From NCBI GenBank assembly GCA_036172245.1, contig JAYWIR010000027.1:2294001-2358000 (forward strand): a DNA stretch of 64,000 bases, in the 5' to 3' direction. This DNA comes from Raillietiella orientalis. Its lineage: Eukaryota. A program made the position numbers and the translations under genes. Below are positions 36,236-47,709 of the stretch, in pieces; position 1 is the stretch's first letter; each line of letters begins with the position of its first letter. Under the pieces are notes generated by a model, which was not told the origin of the DNA, made no database searches, and saw only the letters and a list, made by a program, of their open reading frames with translations.

Positions 36236-37299
36236 GGAGTCGAGGACGAGACTGATGACCGGACGAGCTCGCCGCCGTCGGCACAGCGTCCGGCGTTCCT
36301 CCCGCAGGACGGAGACCGCCTCGGGGCAGGAGACCGCCTGCTATGCAGCAGCAGAAGGGCGCTGTGCGCTTGCGGTCGCGGGAGCGCGTTGCTCCTACGG
36401 AGAACGTCGAAAAGCACCGGCACGGCTTCCGGTTGAGCGTTCGGAGCTGGCTGCCTAGGGCACTGTGGGGAGAGCACGCGCATCACCGTGGAAACCGACT
36501 TCGGCGCACGCGCGGTTCGAGCGGCGCTGCGCCCCCGCGACCGGAGCGCCCATCGTCCGAGGGAGCAGTCGTCGCCGCGTTTCCAAAGGTCTCCGATGCA
36601 TCCAGGGAGGAAAGAGAGGGGCACGGGAACCTGGACCCCCGACGAACGAAACCCTTCTTCCCCTGGTTCCCATCCATCTCTCGTTCGCATCGCGGAGGAC
36701 TCTTCAAAGAACGGGATACCCTGCCCTCCTCATTCGAGAGGGGAGGAGGGGGGGATGTGAAGCGGGGAGCGCTCGAGGGGGAAACGGGGAGGAAAGGGGC
36801 GCAGTTCGTCCTCCTCCTCCCTTCGGTTTCCTCCCTTCCTCCAGGCTTTCCGGATTCGCTGCTCCCTGAGCATGAATGGGAAGGGGGGGAGGGGAGACGC
36901 TTTCACCGACTCCCCGGGACGCCCTTCCTCCTCTTTTTCGGTGCATCGATCCGTTCTCCCGCCTTCCTGGGCCCTTCCGTGGTACATACCACCGGTTCCT
37001 CTGCAACGCTCTCGGACCCACGATGCGGGGGGGAGAGAGAAGGAGGGTAGGGGGAAGGGCGTCGACTGGTTTTCGCCGCGGAATGGGTGGACAATTCCAT
37101 CGGACACAACCACGTGATCCCGCGAGCGGTGCTGCCACCTCAATGGACCGGCAGCGACGTCCCTGCAGTCGCCCTCCTTCCTCGGTCTTGGCGCTGAGCA
37201 GCACTCGCGGTGTCCCGCTGACGGGATGGCCAGGCGATGCAGGGAGCGCCGAAGAGGCGAGTCCGCTCGTCCCTTCTCAGAGGAAGGGGTGGCGACACT

Positions 37300-37765
37300 C
37301 CCGAGGCAGTCCGGTCATGGGCGCTGCGAAAATTCCACCGGAGCCGCGAAGGATAGCAGGGCCGGGAGAGATCCCGTCTTTCCCGGCGCCTGGGTCTGCA
37401 TTTCGAGGGACCCACGGGAAAGGAAGACGCGCTGGGGCCTTTAAGGACTTAAATAAATAGAAAAAAGAGTTAAGGGTGAGGGCTTCCCACTCCGGGGCGT
37501 CCTGCATCGTTCCAAGGACGCTGGCAAGTCCAGGATGCCATATGGGGTCATCTCGTTGCCATCCTCAAGAAGAGGACAGCGGGATGGACAGCGTCCCTGT
37601 CGTTCTTCGGCTCTCCGAGCAGCCCTAATCTCTCGTCGGCAGCAGAGTGCTGCTAGTGGTGCTGCTGGCAGTGGGGTATTCCGCAGGAAGAGGCGTCTCG
37701 ACATTTCCCTGAGGTTGTCGTCGGGGGGGGGGCTTTCTGGGGTCGCGGCCAAGAGTTCCCTAAGG
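37300..37765 (-). mobile_element. L1-like family C-terminal fragment
   Basis: Minus translation LAATPES...NLREMSRRLFLRN...AALCCRREI and the shared nucleotide block AGGATGGCAACGAGATG with 38824-38840. Confidence 0.65.
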
Positions 37766-38199
37766 GGTCGGAGGCTGCTGTTGCTGTTCTCTGGACACGA
37801 GCCTCTCCGGAGATGCCTCCGAGGGCGAAGTCTCCCTTCCTCCCTCCTCGCGTTCTCTCCCCTTCGCGGATGTCGTTCCTGCTGGAGCCGACGTCCTTCT
37901 GGAGAGACTGCCGCGCCTCACGGGCCAGCGTTTCTTGGAGTAGCTCTTCCGCTCTCGGTGCTCCCACTCGATGGCCTTCAGGGAAGAAGAAGGGAGTGGC
38001 TACTGCTTTGAACGGCGGAAAAGGAGGCTCTTCCGGTCCCCTCGCTGGCTCGGTGGCGCCGCTGCGGGTGGAGCCGCCGCAGCAGCCGCGGAGGAGGAGG
38101 AGGAGGGGAACACCAACGAGGACGAACTGCGGGGACGGCAGCAGATGGCACAGCGTCGTAGTCGAGGGATTTTCCGGCACGGGAGGGGTCAGTGCGGAC

Positions 38200-39151
38200 T
38201 TGGAACACAACCGTGCGCGTTTGGGTAGGCCCCAGGGGAGAGAAGGGTGCCGAACGGTGGTAAAATGGCCGCAGGGTTCCCCCCCTTTTTGAGCTTGCGG
38301 AAGAGCGGGAAGGGAGGAGGAGCATCTTCCGCATGTGTTCGCGACGGAAGGAAGCCTCCGCTGAGGGATCCCCGGGAACCCGGACGCGTCCGGGAATCTC
38401 GAAAGGACGGGATTTCCGCACGCACCCGGGCACCACGTTCGAGGCGCTCTCCCATAGAAGTGACGTGAGCCGGCGCTGATGCCGCAGCTGCTCCGGCGCC
38501 ACCCGCGCAACGCCAGCAGGCATCAGTGGACGCGAGGGGGGGTGCCGAACTGTGCCAGGTGAGGGGAACGGGAATCCCTCCCTGCTTGCGGATTGCGTTG
38601 CCCTCGGGTCCCTCCAGGAACGCTTTGCCTCGACTCTGGGAACCCCCAGCAGCAACTCCAAGGATGTTTCACGACCGAGGATCCTCCTCCTACGAGACGT
38701 CCTTTGGACGGCAGCCTCGCTAGCGGCTCCCTACTGCCTGCGCGCGATTGTAGCGGCCTGGAGCCACGCAAGAGAGGACCGACGCGACAAGGGTCCCACA
38801 TCCACTTTGCCGACCGCTTCACAAGGATGGCAACGAGATGGCCCCACCTGAAAGACTGCATGCAGCAAGAGCTGCATGCAGTCCTTCAGGTGAGGGAAGA
38901 GGGTCACTCTTAGCGCACCCTTCCTGCACTCCATCCACCCAAAGTTTATTTGTTTATTTTTCTTTATTTTTTTCCTTTTCGTCTGTCCCCCTCCCCCTGC
39001 TGCCGCGGCTGATCTCACCGTTCGGAGAACCGATCACGCGGCAGACTCCCGTTGAAATGCAGGGTTGCGCCTTGGACCTGTGGTCCAGCCACAATCTTTG
39101 TAAGTATTTATGTTTACATTAAATAAACTCCCAGGCGCACCAAGGTGACAA
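38200..39151 (+). mobile_element. L1-like family 3' fragment (CCHC region plus 3' UTR)
   Basis: Remnants of C..GERESL..LADCVAL and CLRAIVAAWSH; U-rich tract ~38941-38980; AATAAA 39122-39127; terminal GGTGACAA. The 5' boundary is approximate. Confidence 0.75.
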
Positions 39152-41117
39152 CTCTGAATCGCTCTTTCCTTCCCGATTTCCCTGTTTTTACCCTTGCTCT
39201 CTTCACGACGCGTGTGGTGAAGAGGGCGGTCATTGCCCTTACCATGGGACTTCATCGCGGAACAGCCCCGTCAAGATCGCCATCTAAGCACTCGTCCACG
39301 AGCCTGCCCGTCACCTCCTTCGGCCATGTCCAATCCTGATGCGGCGTTGGCGAGGTGAGAGGATGTGCAGCTGCGTTTCTGTGGCGCCGCCTTCCAAAGT
39401 CCATTCCAATCGTCTCCCGTCCGACGCGCGACGCTGAACCGCTCAGGACATTTTCCCGTGGCAAGGCAGGAATGGTCGCTTCTCCGGGCTGCCCCTGCGC
39501 CTGACCGCAGGGTCGCCTTACGGATCCCGACAGCGGTTGGCAAGCCCTCGGCGAGGAGGTCATCGATTTTCCCCTCTCGTGAGGATCCCCTTCGCAATTC
39601 CGGATCGCGCGTGATTGCCCTGGTTCTTCCGCATTTCGCGCGTCCTTTGCGTAGGCCGTTTGCCTCCTTCCCGGCGGCAGCGGAACTCTCGCGTTCGGCG
39701 GCGGCCACCGCTGGTACCGAGGGCTCCTCGAGGCGACCAGCTTTCAGTCTGGCGTACCCGTTGCAACCTCCCCCTTGGAACGGGAAAGGAGTCAGGAATC
39801 ACATTGATCCTTTCTTCATCCCCGAGGGGTACAGCATGAACGAATTCCACGAAACGCTATGGAGGGTTTCTTCCCCCGAGGGAGGGACACGGCTCCGTTT
39901 TCATAGTTGGAGGGGAACAACCCTTCAGGGCTCCTTTGATGCCCTCGAAGGACTCCGGAAGGTCGACTTCCAATCCCGGCCAGTCCAGCGGTGGCATCCG
40001 GTTTCCGGCAGTGCCTCAACCGAAGCGCCAACCAGCACCATCCTGCAGGGTGAGGTCTTGAAACCTTCGACTCACACCCAGTTCTCGGTGGCGTTCGATC
40101 CTCCGCGTGGGGATTCGAACCCGCAGCTGTCGGTGCTGCGCGCAGAGGCTGCGGCCACACAGCCCCCAACGTGGAGAGATGAATCCAGAAAAGCTCTGGA
40201 GGAAGCACTCCGTTCCTCTTACGCTTGGGAGGGAACCTCGAAGAGAAGCCTCTCCTTGGTTGTCTCCAGAGGGAACTCCGAAGGGTCCCTTGATGTCTTG
40301 GAAGGACTCCGGAGGATGGACTTGCGATTTCGGGCAGTCAACGGGGGGGCGGGCGGCTTCCATCAGTGCTGCAACGCCCGAATAAGCCAACCAGTCATCC
40401 TGTCGGAAGGGACTCGAATCCCACGACGCGCCTCCCGTTCCAGGCGTTGGTCCTTCCTCCAGCGGGACCCCCAACGTCTGTCGCCTGGCCGAGTACCGAG
40501 CCGGGGCCGAACGTCCAGCCTGGCAATCTGGGTTGCCCAGCTTGCTGGACGACCAGGACTGGGAGCACCCGGTCTCGGCCGTGATACGGCACCTCGTGCA
40601 GTGTTTATATTCCTTCCTTTACGGCAGGGTGCCTCCCGAGCAAGATGCCTCACGGCTCCTGCTTCCGGATGGAGCCCCGGCCATAAGGGAAGGAAAGAGT
40701 AACGAGCCTTTCTCGACATATGAAATTATCACCGCGATCAAGAAGCTCAAGAGGTTCAAGGCTCCAGGGGAGGACGGCCTGTCCGCGGAGTTTTTTCAAT
40801 GCTTCGCGGCACAGCTGACCCCCCTGGTGTTGCAGTTGACACGGCTGATCCGAAACGAAGGAGCCGTTCCCGCCTCGTTTCGGTCAGCTAGGGTGAGGTT
40901 TCTCCCGAAGGGGGGAGACCTCAGGAGATTAAGCAACTGGCGTCCGATCACTATCGTGAGCACGGACGTCAAGTTGGTGGTGGAGCTGTGGGCTGTACGT
41001 TTGGGGCAGGTAGAGGACAGCCTCATTAGCCGTCGTTGCGGCTGCCACAGCCAGGCGTAGGTGCAACGGAAACGCCGGGTGCCTTGGCGGTCGCGGTCGA
41101 TCTCCACAAGGTGTTCG

Positions 41118-41884
41118 GTTTTCACCCGGATTTCGCCGGGTCGTTTATTTAAAAATAAACTTTAACAAAGATGTCAGTGGCTGCAGCAATGCTCCAGCCA
41201 CGCACGAAGAAACACGGAGCCTGCCGGGTCACCGATCGCAGACCGGTACGGTTCACCAAGGCAACAGGGGGAAGGGGGAAAAACAAAGAACTAAACAAAA
41301 AGAAAAAAAAGAGTGGGAGGGTACGGGAAGGGATCACTGTTGCTGCTGGGGCCGTATCATCCTTCTCAGGATGCCGGCAAGCTCTGGATGGCACCCTTAT
41401 CGCGAGGTCCTCCCGCTGCCTTGCTCCAAGCGGCGACGATCCCGCGAAGGCAGCACAGGGCTGCTGACGAGGCCACAGGTCGAAGGGCGTCGGAAACGAA
41501 GAGGGCTTTCCCTGCGTCCCTGGGGTTGCCGCAGGGGATTCCGATGGCCGCGGCAAAGCGGAACCAAAGGGGCCGAAGGGCAACACAATCCACTAGGAGG
41601 TGGGGGAGGGACTCCCGTTCCCCACATCTAACACAGTTGGAATCGACCGCTCCCCGGGTCCAATGATGTTGACGGGCGTTGCAGGGGAGTCCCCAATGCT
41701 GCAACAGTAGAGCCGACTCCTGCCATTTTAAGGGGAGGGTGGAAGTGTTGATGAGCACCGGGGGCCACTTCAGATGTTCAATCGGAACATCGAGCAGCGC
41801 GCCCCAGCGCAGAAGTCCATTGGGAGGCGTACTCGGGGTCGCAGCGTCTGTTAACTGGCCCGTCTTCCACTCTCCCTGCTTCTT
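41118..41884 (-). mobile_element. 5'-truncated antisense copy of the same L1-like family (C-terminal CCHC region plus 3' UTR) with target-site duplication
   Basis: Minus-strand ORF LLLQHWGLPCNAR...CVRCGERESLPHLLVDC, homologous to 44470-44660; U-rich 3' UTR, AATAAA (41144-41149, minus) and terminal hairpin. Flanked by CACAAGGTGTTCG at 41105-41117 and 41885-41897. Confidence 0.85.
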
Positions 41885-42086
41885 CACAAGGTGTTCGACT
41901 ACGTCAACCAGGAACTCCTTCTGGAGCTCTTGGCACGCCTCGGTCTCCCGATGCACCTCGTGGCGCCACGCGTTCACCTCAATCACTTGCAGCGGCTGCT
42001 ACGTGTACGGCATGCCGGTACGACGGCGCATCAGTCAGGGAGACAGTTTAAGCCCTCTGCTCTTCAGCATCTTCGAGTTGGTGCTG

Positions 42087-43416
42087 AAGTTTGTTTATTA
42101 CGACATTCTTGTCGCATTTGTACCTTATATAAGGGTTAGTTTTACAACATGTTTGTAAAGTTCAATTTTACAGAGGTTTCAATTGTCTTTGGATACACAG
42201 CTGTTGAAAGGAAGGAACATTGAAAGAGGGTTAGTGTATTAAAATAGCACTTAGATGGTCCTTAGCACCTGAATAGCTTCTGCTATTGGAAGTGCGGAAG
42301 AGCCGTCCCAAAGGATGTCATCTGCTGGCGGACCTACACTGTGATGAGGGAGGACTGCTGTTTTTATTTGGGATATAGGGCACCGTGTGTTTGGTACATA
42401 TTCTCATGGCGAAGATTTCCTTCGAGGTTTTCTGCTGGATGAGCAGAAGGGTTGGTCGTGGAGATTTAGTTGATGTATATGTCCTTTTGTAGAATGATGT
42501 AAAATTTTATAATTTCCGTACATAGATGCCTAGAGATCGCGGTAACTGTTCTTTGAGGGATCGAGAGCAATTTTAGGAGTTTATCATATTCGGGATCCCA
42601 TGAGCCGAGCGCACCAATTACAAATGCTTGGTTGATGGTGCGCAAGCCTTGATTCTTGAGGGCGGTCTCGCTCTCTGCGTACTTCAGGATTTTGGTTTCT
42701 CTTGCACGCTGTAGCGATGATATTTCAAAGGAGATCACAACGTCAATGATTACAGCTGTGGACGCATTTTGTAAAAATATGTCGGGGCGAAGAGTGGAGT
42801 TTAACACATCCACTCGGCGATCCTTTTGGGCAATGGGCCATCGAGGGGAGAGGATGTTGAACAGGGTGTCGACAACAGCGTTATGTCGTTGGGTGATCAT
42901 TGTCCCAAGATGAATTGGACAGCGACACTGGGCATGCTCCAATGTTTCTTTTACATAACCACATCTTCGGCAGTGCTCAATTTCACTAGCGTTTTCCCAT
43001 TTCCATTGAGAAATAAGTGGTTCAAACGAGCACGGTGTATAAAACGCCAGTCTGCGAAGCGGAATCCATAACATGCAGACAGGAATGACATGGAGGCTCC
43101 GTGGAGGGCTACTCATTCTATTATCCCACCTTGGTCTGGCTTGGCTAGAAGTGCTTTGCTCTCGAAAGTGAGCACATATCGTTCGTGCCACTTGTCGCCG
43201 CTGCGGAAAGGAGAGGATTTTGGGGTTTTCATGTTCGGGGAAGGATAAAGAGAGCGTCACATAACTGTCATCAAAGTTCCACGTTATGGGAAGCTGCTTC
43301 GTTGCTTCCCGCAATGTGAACCACATTGTGCGGGGGGATCACCACTTGGGCGGTCTAAGGGGGACGAACAGCATCCATTGAGGAACCGAGTAAATAGAAC
43401 CAGGTTTGGCGGCACA
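42087..43416 (-). mobile_element. 5'-truncated restriction-like-endonuclease non-LTR retrotransposon (NeSL/Utopia/R2 group)
   Basis: ORF 42466-43326 has CRRCGYVKETLEHAQCRC (CCHC), RHN, RPD...IIDV...K..KY and IGALGSW; AATAAA at 42094-42099 (minus) marks the 3' end; more AT-rich than the host element. Confidence 0.88.
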
Positions 43417-45299
43417 TGAGCCTTCCTATTGGCTGATGCTGGCCAACCTGCCCAGCTCTAGTCTTGGTACACCGTGTCTATGCCGATGACCTACTTCTCC
43501 TCTTACTCATGTCCACCCCGGCGTCCAGTCTCGAGGATTCCTTCGAGCTGATTCTCCGGGGAGCTGGAGTAGGCGTAAACCGGAGCAAGAGTGTGGTCGT
43601 TCCTGTTGGTGCGGCGTGGGAGGGGCAGTCCGACTGAATCCGCTAAGGATCCCGAGGGCCAGGTCTTTGAAGTACCTAGGCGTCCCGCTGGAGGACATCA
43701 ATCCTGTGGAAGCGTGGTCGGACTGCCTTCGGAAGGCTGAGAGTGCTCTGGGTCCGTTCCAACTTGGCAGGTTCGTCCTGCAAGAGCAGGACTCCGTTTA
43801 GAAGACTTCGGTTGCCCCCCTCTTCCGCCCCCTGTTTTTTGTTTGCTCTCCCCCCTACTCGGAAAAGCTCCAGGGGAGACTTTTGTTGAGGAACGCTTCT
43901 TGGGGACCCGCGAGATCCAGGATACACCTAAAATACTTGGCGGCTCCGCGTCGGGATACCGGTTTAGGTATCCTGACGTTGGAGACAATCGAACTGCAGA
44001 TGCAGTTTCGAATGTTGGCGCTTTGCGCCAAACTTTGGTCCACTCCGTGGTGTGCTCCCGCGTTCCTGCTACTGCGGCAATGCACCGGCAGCGACAGACT
44101 TCTTTCGTTACTGCCGCATACGGAGCGCGCCACGAGAAGCTTAGGTTTCCACTTGAAACCGCTCTTCTGGCTCCTGGAATTCCACACTTGGATCTCCTGC
44201 CGCCCAATAAACTTTAACGCCTGGAGGAAGGAAGCGTTCTCGTCCTGGGCAAGGTATCGGGAAGTGCCACTAATCGAACTTCGTTGCGTGCACTTTTCCC
44301 CTTATCTTCCATTGGAGGATTTGATGCAAGACCAGGACAAGTGGACCAGTCTGGCCTCCACGCCCCTTGCCGCAGCGCTGTCTGCCCTCAGGGTAAGTGA
44401 TGACAGTTGCCTACTGGCAAGATGCCTGCATGATTGCAGGAGCAACCCGACCCATGGGCGGCTGGAGGACTAGCAAGCTGACAGACGCCGCCACGCCTCG
44501 CAACATCCCCAGGGGACTCCATCGGTGGAGCTTACTCTTGAGTGTACCCCCCGAAGAACTTGTTGTCCCTCCCTCGTGCGTGGACGCTTCTGTGTTCCCC
44601 CTTCCATGGAATCAGGACGTGATCCTGCTGGTGTATTGGGGCTTCCATTGCAACCTTCGCGCGAACATTGTTTCCGGGGGAGTTGCTGGCAGACGACAGG
44701 AAGGGAGGCCATCGACGGTTGCCTGCAGCGCATGCCTTTCTTCCTCTTCCTTTGTTTCACGAAAGCCGTTTGTTTCCCCTCCGCATCTCCCCAGAATCTG
44801 CCCAGCTCTCTTTCCGACTCTGGGTGGGCAGTGGTCCGTACCTCTTGGTACATATGGGCGCGTCCCTCGTGATTTTTCCTTATGTGGAAGTGTCGAGATG
44901 TGTGTAGCAGTCACCTCCGCAATTTCCATGGATGTGGTTTTTGCTGCCATTCAGTTGGGATTCGAGCTGCAGACGCTCATCGGCTCTCTTCTGCACTGCA
45001 TCCTGGACTTCTCGGGTCAGGTCTTTCGCTCCTCCTCGCTGTTCTCCGGACGTACTTTATTGTCGGGTGCCGCGGCTTCCTGCTGGCACTCTGCCGCCAA
45101 AGGGCTGCTTCCCCTCCTCGGTGGCGCCGCCGAGGGAGGAGGAGGAGGAGGAGGAGGAGGAAGACCTTCCGCAGACTTCTGCTTCCTCTTCCTTTACGCC
45201 TCAGTGAACCCCGAGTCAGGGAGTTCATTTTCTTCTTTTCTTCTCATCTGCCTCAGAGAGGGAGGGAAGGGACCGGGGCAGTTCCTGGACGAGCAGCCA

Positions 45300-46600
45300 C
45301 TGTGAGTACCACCTGCAGGTGTGAGAGTGGTGGCACTGCTACGGTCCTGAGCGCGCGCGAACGAAGTAGACTTCCCGGCCTCACTTTCGGCGGCACCGCG
45401 CCTTCAGGCAGGAGCCTGGCATCGCACCCGAACTGCTCGCAGTCCGCGCGAAAGGTGGGTTGCGGATTGTAGCTAGCGCCAGGATGTGCTGCAAGTGCAC
45501 GTGATCCAGGTGGATGCTGGCTCTGTTGGACCACTCGAACGAGGGTTCTCAAGGAAGCCGTTCTGCACTTCTCCACACTGGGATGATGAATGCCACACCT
45601 CAGGCAGCTCACGCTTATCCTCGGGAGAGGGTAGGCTCTCCCGCACCTGCCTGTTGACTCTGCTGCCCTCCAGCGACTCTGGAGCGTTTCCCGACGTCCC
45701 TCCGGATCGTCCGGAACGATTCCGGAGCTCTTCGTGGTGCGTAGCAACCGTTCGCTGCGTGCGGGGAAGGGTGCAGGCTTGGAACACAGCGAGGAAGAGA
45801 TCAGCCTAACAGGGGCTCCATCCAACGGACGAGAAACTCCTTCTGAGGATCGTCGCGAGATGGTCCTCACTTGGGAAACGAGAACTGCCAGCTTGCCATC
45901 ATCCTCCAGAGGATGAACGGGAGGTCGCAGCACTACCCACCCACCCCACCAAACATTTTTTATAGCTTTTTTTTATTTTTGATTTATTTTTGCTTTGTTC
46001 TTCCCCATCCTCTGACCGGACCTCAAGTGGCTAGTGGAACAGCATGTCTACACGTGGTAGGCCCAAGAGTCCCATAGAAACGGTCTGCCTATTTTTTTAA
46101 ATAAACGCTCCGTCCTAAACGGATGAGAAACCTGCAAAGATGCCGTCCATGCGCTGCCGTCCTTCTGTACTTCTCCACACTGGGATGAGGAATCTCACAC
46201 TTCAAGTAGGTCACGCCCATCAGGTACAAAAGTCGCGGTGGAGATTCCCCCCTCCCCCTTCCACTTCCCGCGCAGTAGTTCCTCCGTTGGGAACGACGTC
46301 CTGCTCGATTAAGGTCTCCCTGGATTCCTTGCCCGGGATGAACACCGTGAGGCCTAAGGCAGACGGGACAACAGCCTGAATCTTCTGAAAGTGCACGATT
46401 TTGTTGCGGAGTGCCACGTAAATATCCCGCACGTTCGAGACGCTCAGGGTCGCCGTCTTGAATGTCACCATCACCACTTTGATCTCGGGGGCCACTGTCG
46501 CCCCTGGGCTTCCTCATCCGTTGTATTTCGAAGATGTACGCTGTATTTCAATTTTCTTTTGGCTTCGCTTTAAGGACGCATCCTCCGCTGCTGCCGCTGC
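45300..46600 (+). mobile_element. Two head-to-tail decayed L1-like C-terminal fragments (~45300-46130 and 46131-~46600)
   Basis: Both contain ACTTCTCCACACTGGGATGA. The first has LPHLPVDSAALQRLW, a U-rich UTR, AATAAA 46100-46105 and the terminal hairpin 46109-46123. Confidence 0.65.
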
Positions 46601-47488
46601 GCACGATGCAGGTGGCATCGGTGTTGACGCTGGCGCAGCAGTTGCCTCCTTAGAAGTCGATGCAGGCGCACCTCCGTGGACGTTGTGGTCGCTGGCAGCC
46701 CTGCTCTCTTGTTTGGGGGCGAGTTCCCGTGGCAGTCCACCACACTGTCACCGGTCAGTGCTTTTGGCACCGGAATATGGTGGGAAGGGCACTACTCTCT
46801 CAAAATGTCCACTCTTATTATTACACCGTTTTTCGCAGCACTGCGTAGGAGTTTGCACGGACTCCTCTTTTTGTGTATCGTAGTTACTCTATTCCAACTA
46901 CTGTTACGTTGCCTTGGTGACCAAGATCGACTCGAAGCCAGGTAAGTATCGTTGTTGACCAAGAAGTCCTCGTGCACTACATATTACGACTCAAGTTAAT
47001 CTATAGTTGTGGCATTTACGAAGATTGTTTCTTACAATCCCAAGAACACAGTGAAAATGGTTGTTTTTCTTTTATGTCATTGATACATAAAATTACACGC
47101 GGATAGCTTTCAAGTGTACCATTCGGAAAGATGCTTGATCCGCAACGTTGTAGCTGGAGAAGCAAAATACCATGATATTACAAAATTCGTTGAATTATTT
47201 TACAGCAGATAGTAGATCACATAAATATTTTAAATTCCAGGTATATATTACTGAGATTGTGTGCTTGAAGTTCAATTTATACGCCGTTGTGCTTCACGTT
47301 CCACCTGCAATATGTAAAGTATATATAAAGAGCTGTAACAGATGCTTGGTGTATAATAAAATGCCATGATTGCCCACATTAGTATGTTTTTGGAAATAAT
47401 ATGATTTATTATACAGATCTAGGTCAAAATAATTTTATGTACTGCTTTATATTAGTGAAGTGCAGTATTTTTGTGGAATAGATTCATG

Positions 47489-47560
47489 ATTGGCGGAATT
47501 CCAGCCAATGGGATTTCTCCATTTTCCGTAGGCTTATTCGAATTTCGAATGTGCGGGACT
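47489..47560 (+). promoter_or_regulatory. Cell-cycle-type promoter (CCAAT boxes, E2F/CDE-like and CHR-like motifs)
   Basis: ATTGG 47489, TTGGCGG 47490, CCAAT 47505, TTCGAA 47537 and 47544, just upstream of the 5' UTR donor at 47589. Confidence 0.45.
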
Positions 47561-47709
47561 TTTTCGGCAACTCGGAAAATCTGAATCGGTAAGTATGGTG
47601 TTGTGGTTCCAGCATCTCAAGCCAAGTTCTGGACGTGGTTGAAACTTGTTTAACGCAAAGATTCGTTATTGATTATGCATATTTTTCAGGTGTACTGTTT
47701 GCAGACACC

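Larger units (their letters stand above)
39152..44670 (+). mobile_element. Decayed L1/Tx1-type non-LTR retrotransposon ORF2 (APE endonuclease, RT, C-terminal region), interrupted by two nested insertions
   Basis: Endonuclease-like GKGVRNHIDPFFIP (~39780-39825); RT motifs KAPGEDGLSAEFF and NWRPITIV (40740-40960), DLHKVFD (split between 41100-41117 and 41898), QGDSLSPLLF (~42035-42066), YADD 43479-43490, KYLG 43670-43681, GLGI ~43960. Frameshifts and stops show it is inactive. Confidence 0.85.

Noticed and set aside
45253..46517. Minus-strand ORFs with CLRCGIHHPSVEKC / CEIPHPSVEK read as ORF1 zinc knuckles
   Set aside because: The plus strand aligns better with the ORF2 C-terminal region of the other copies.
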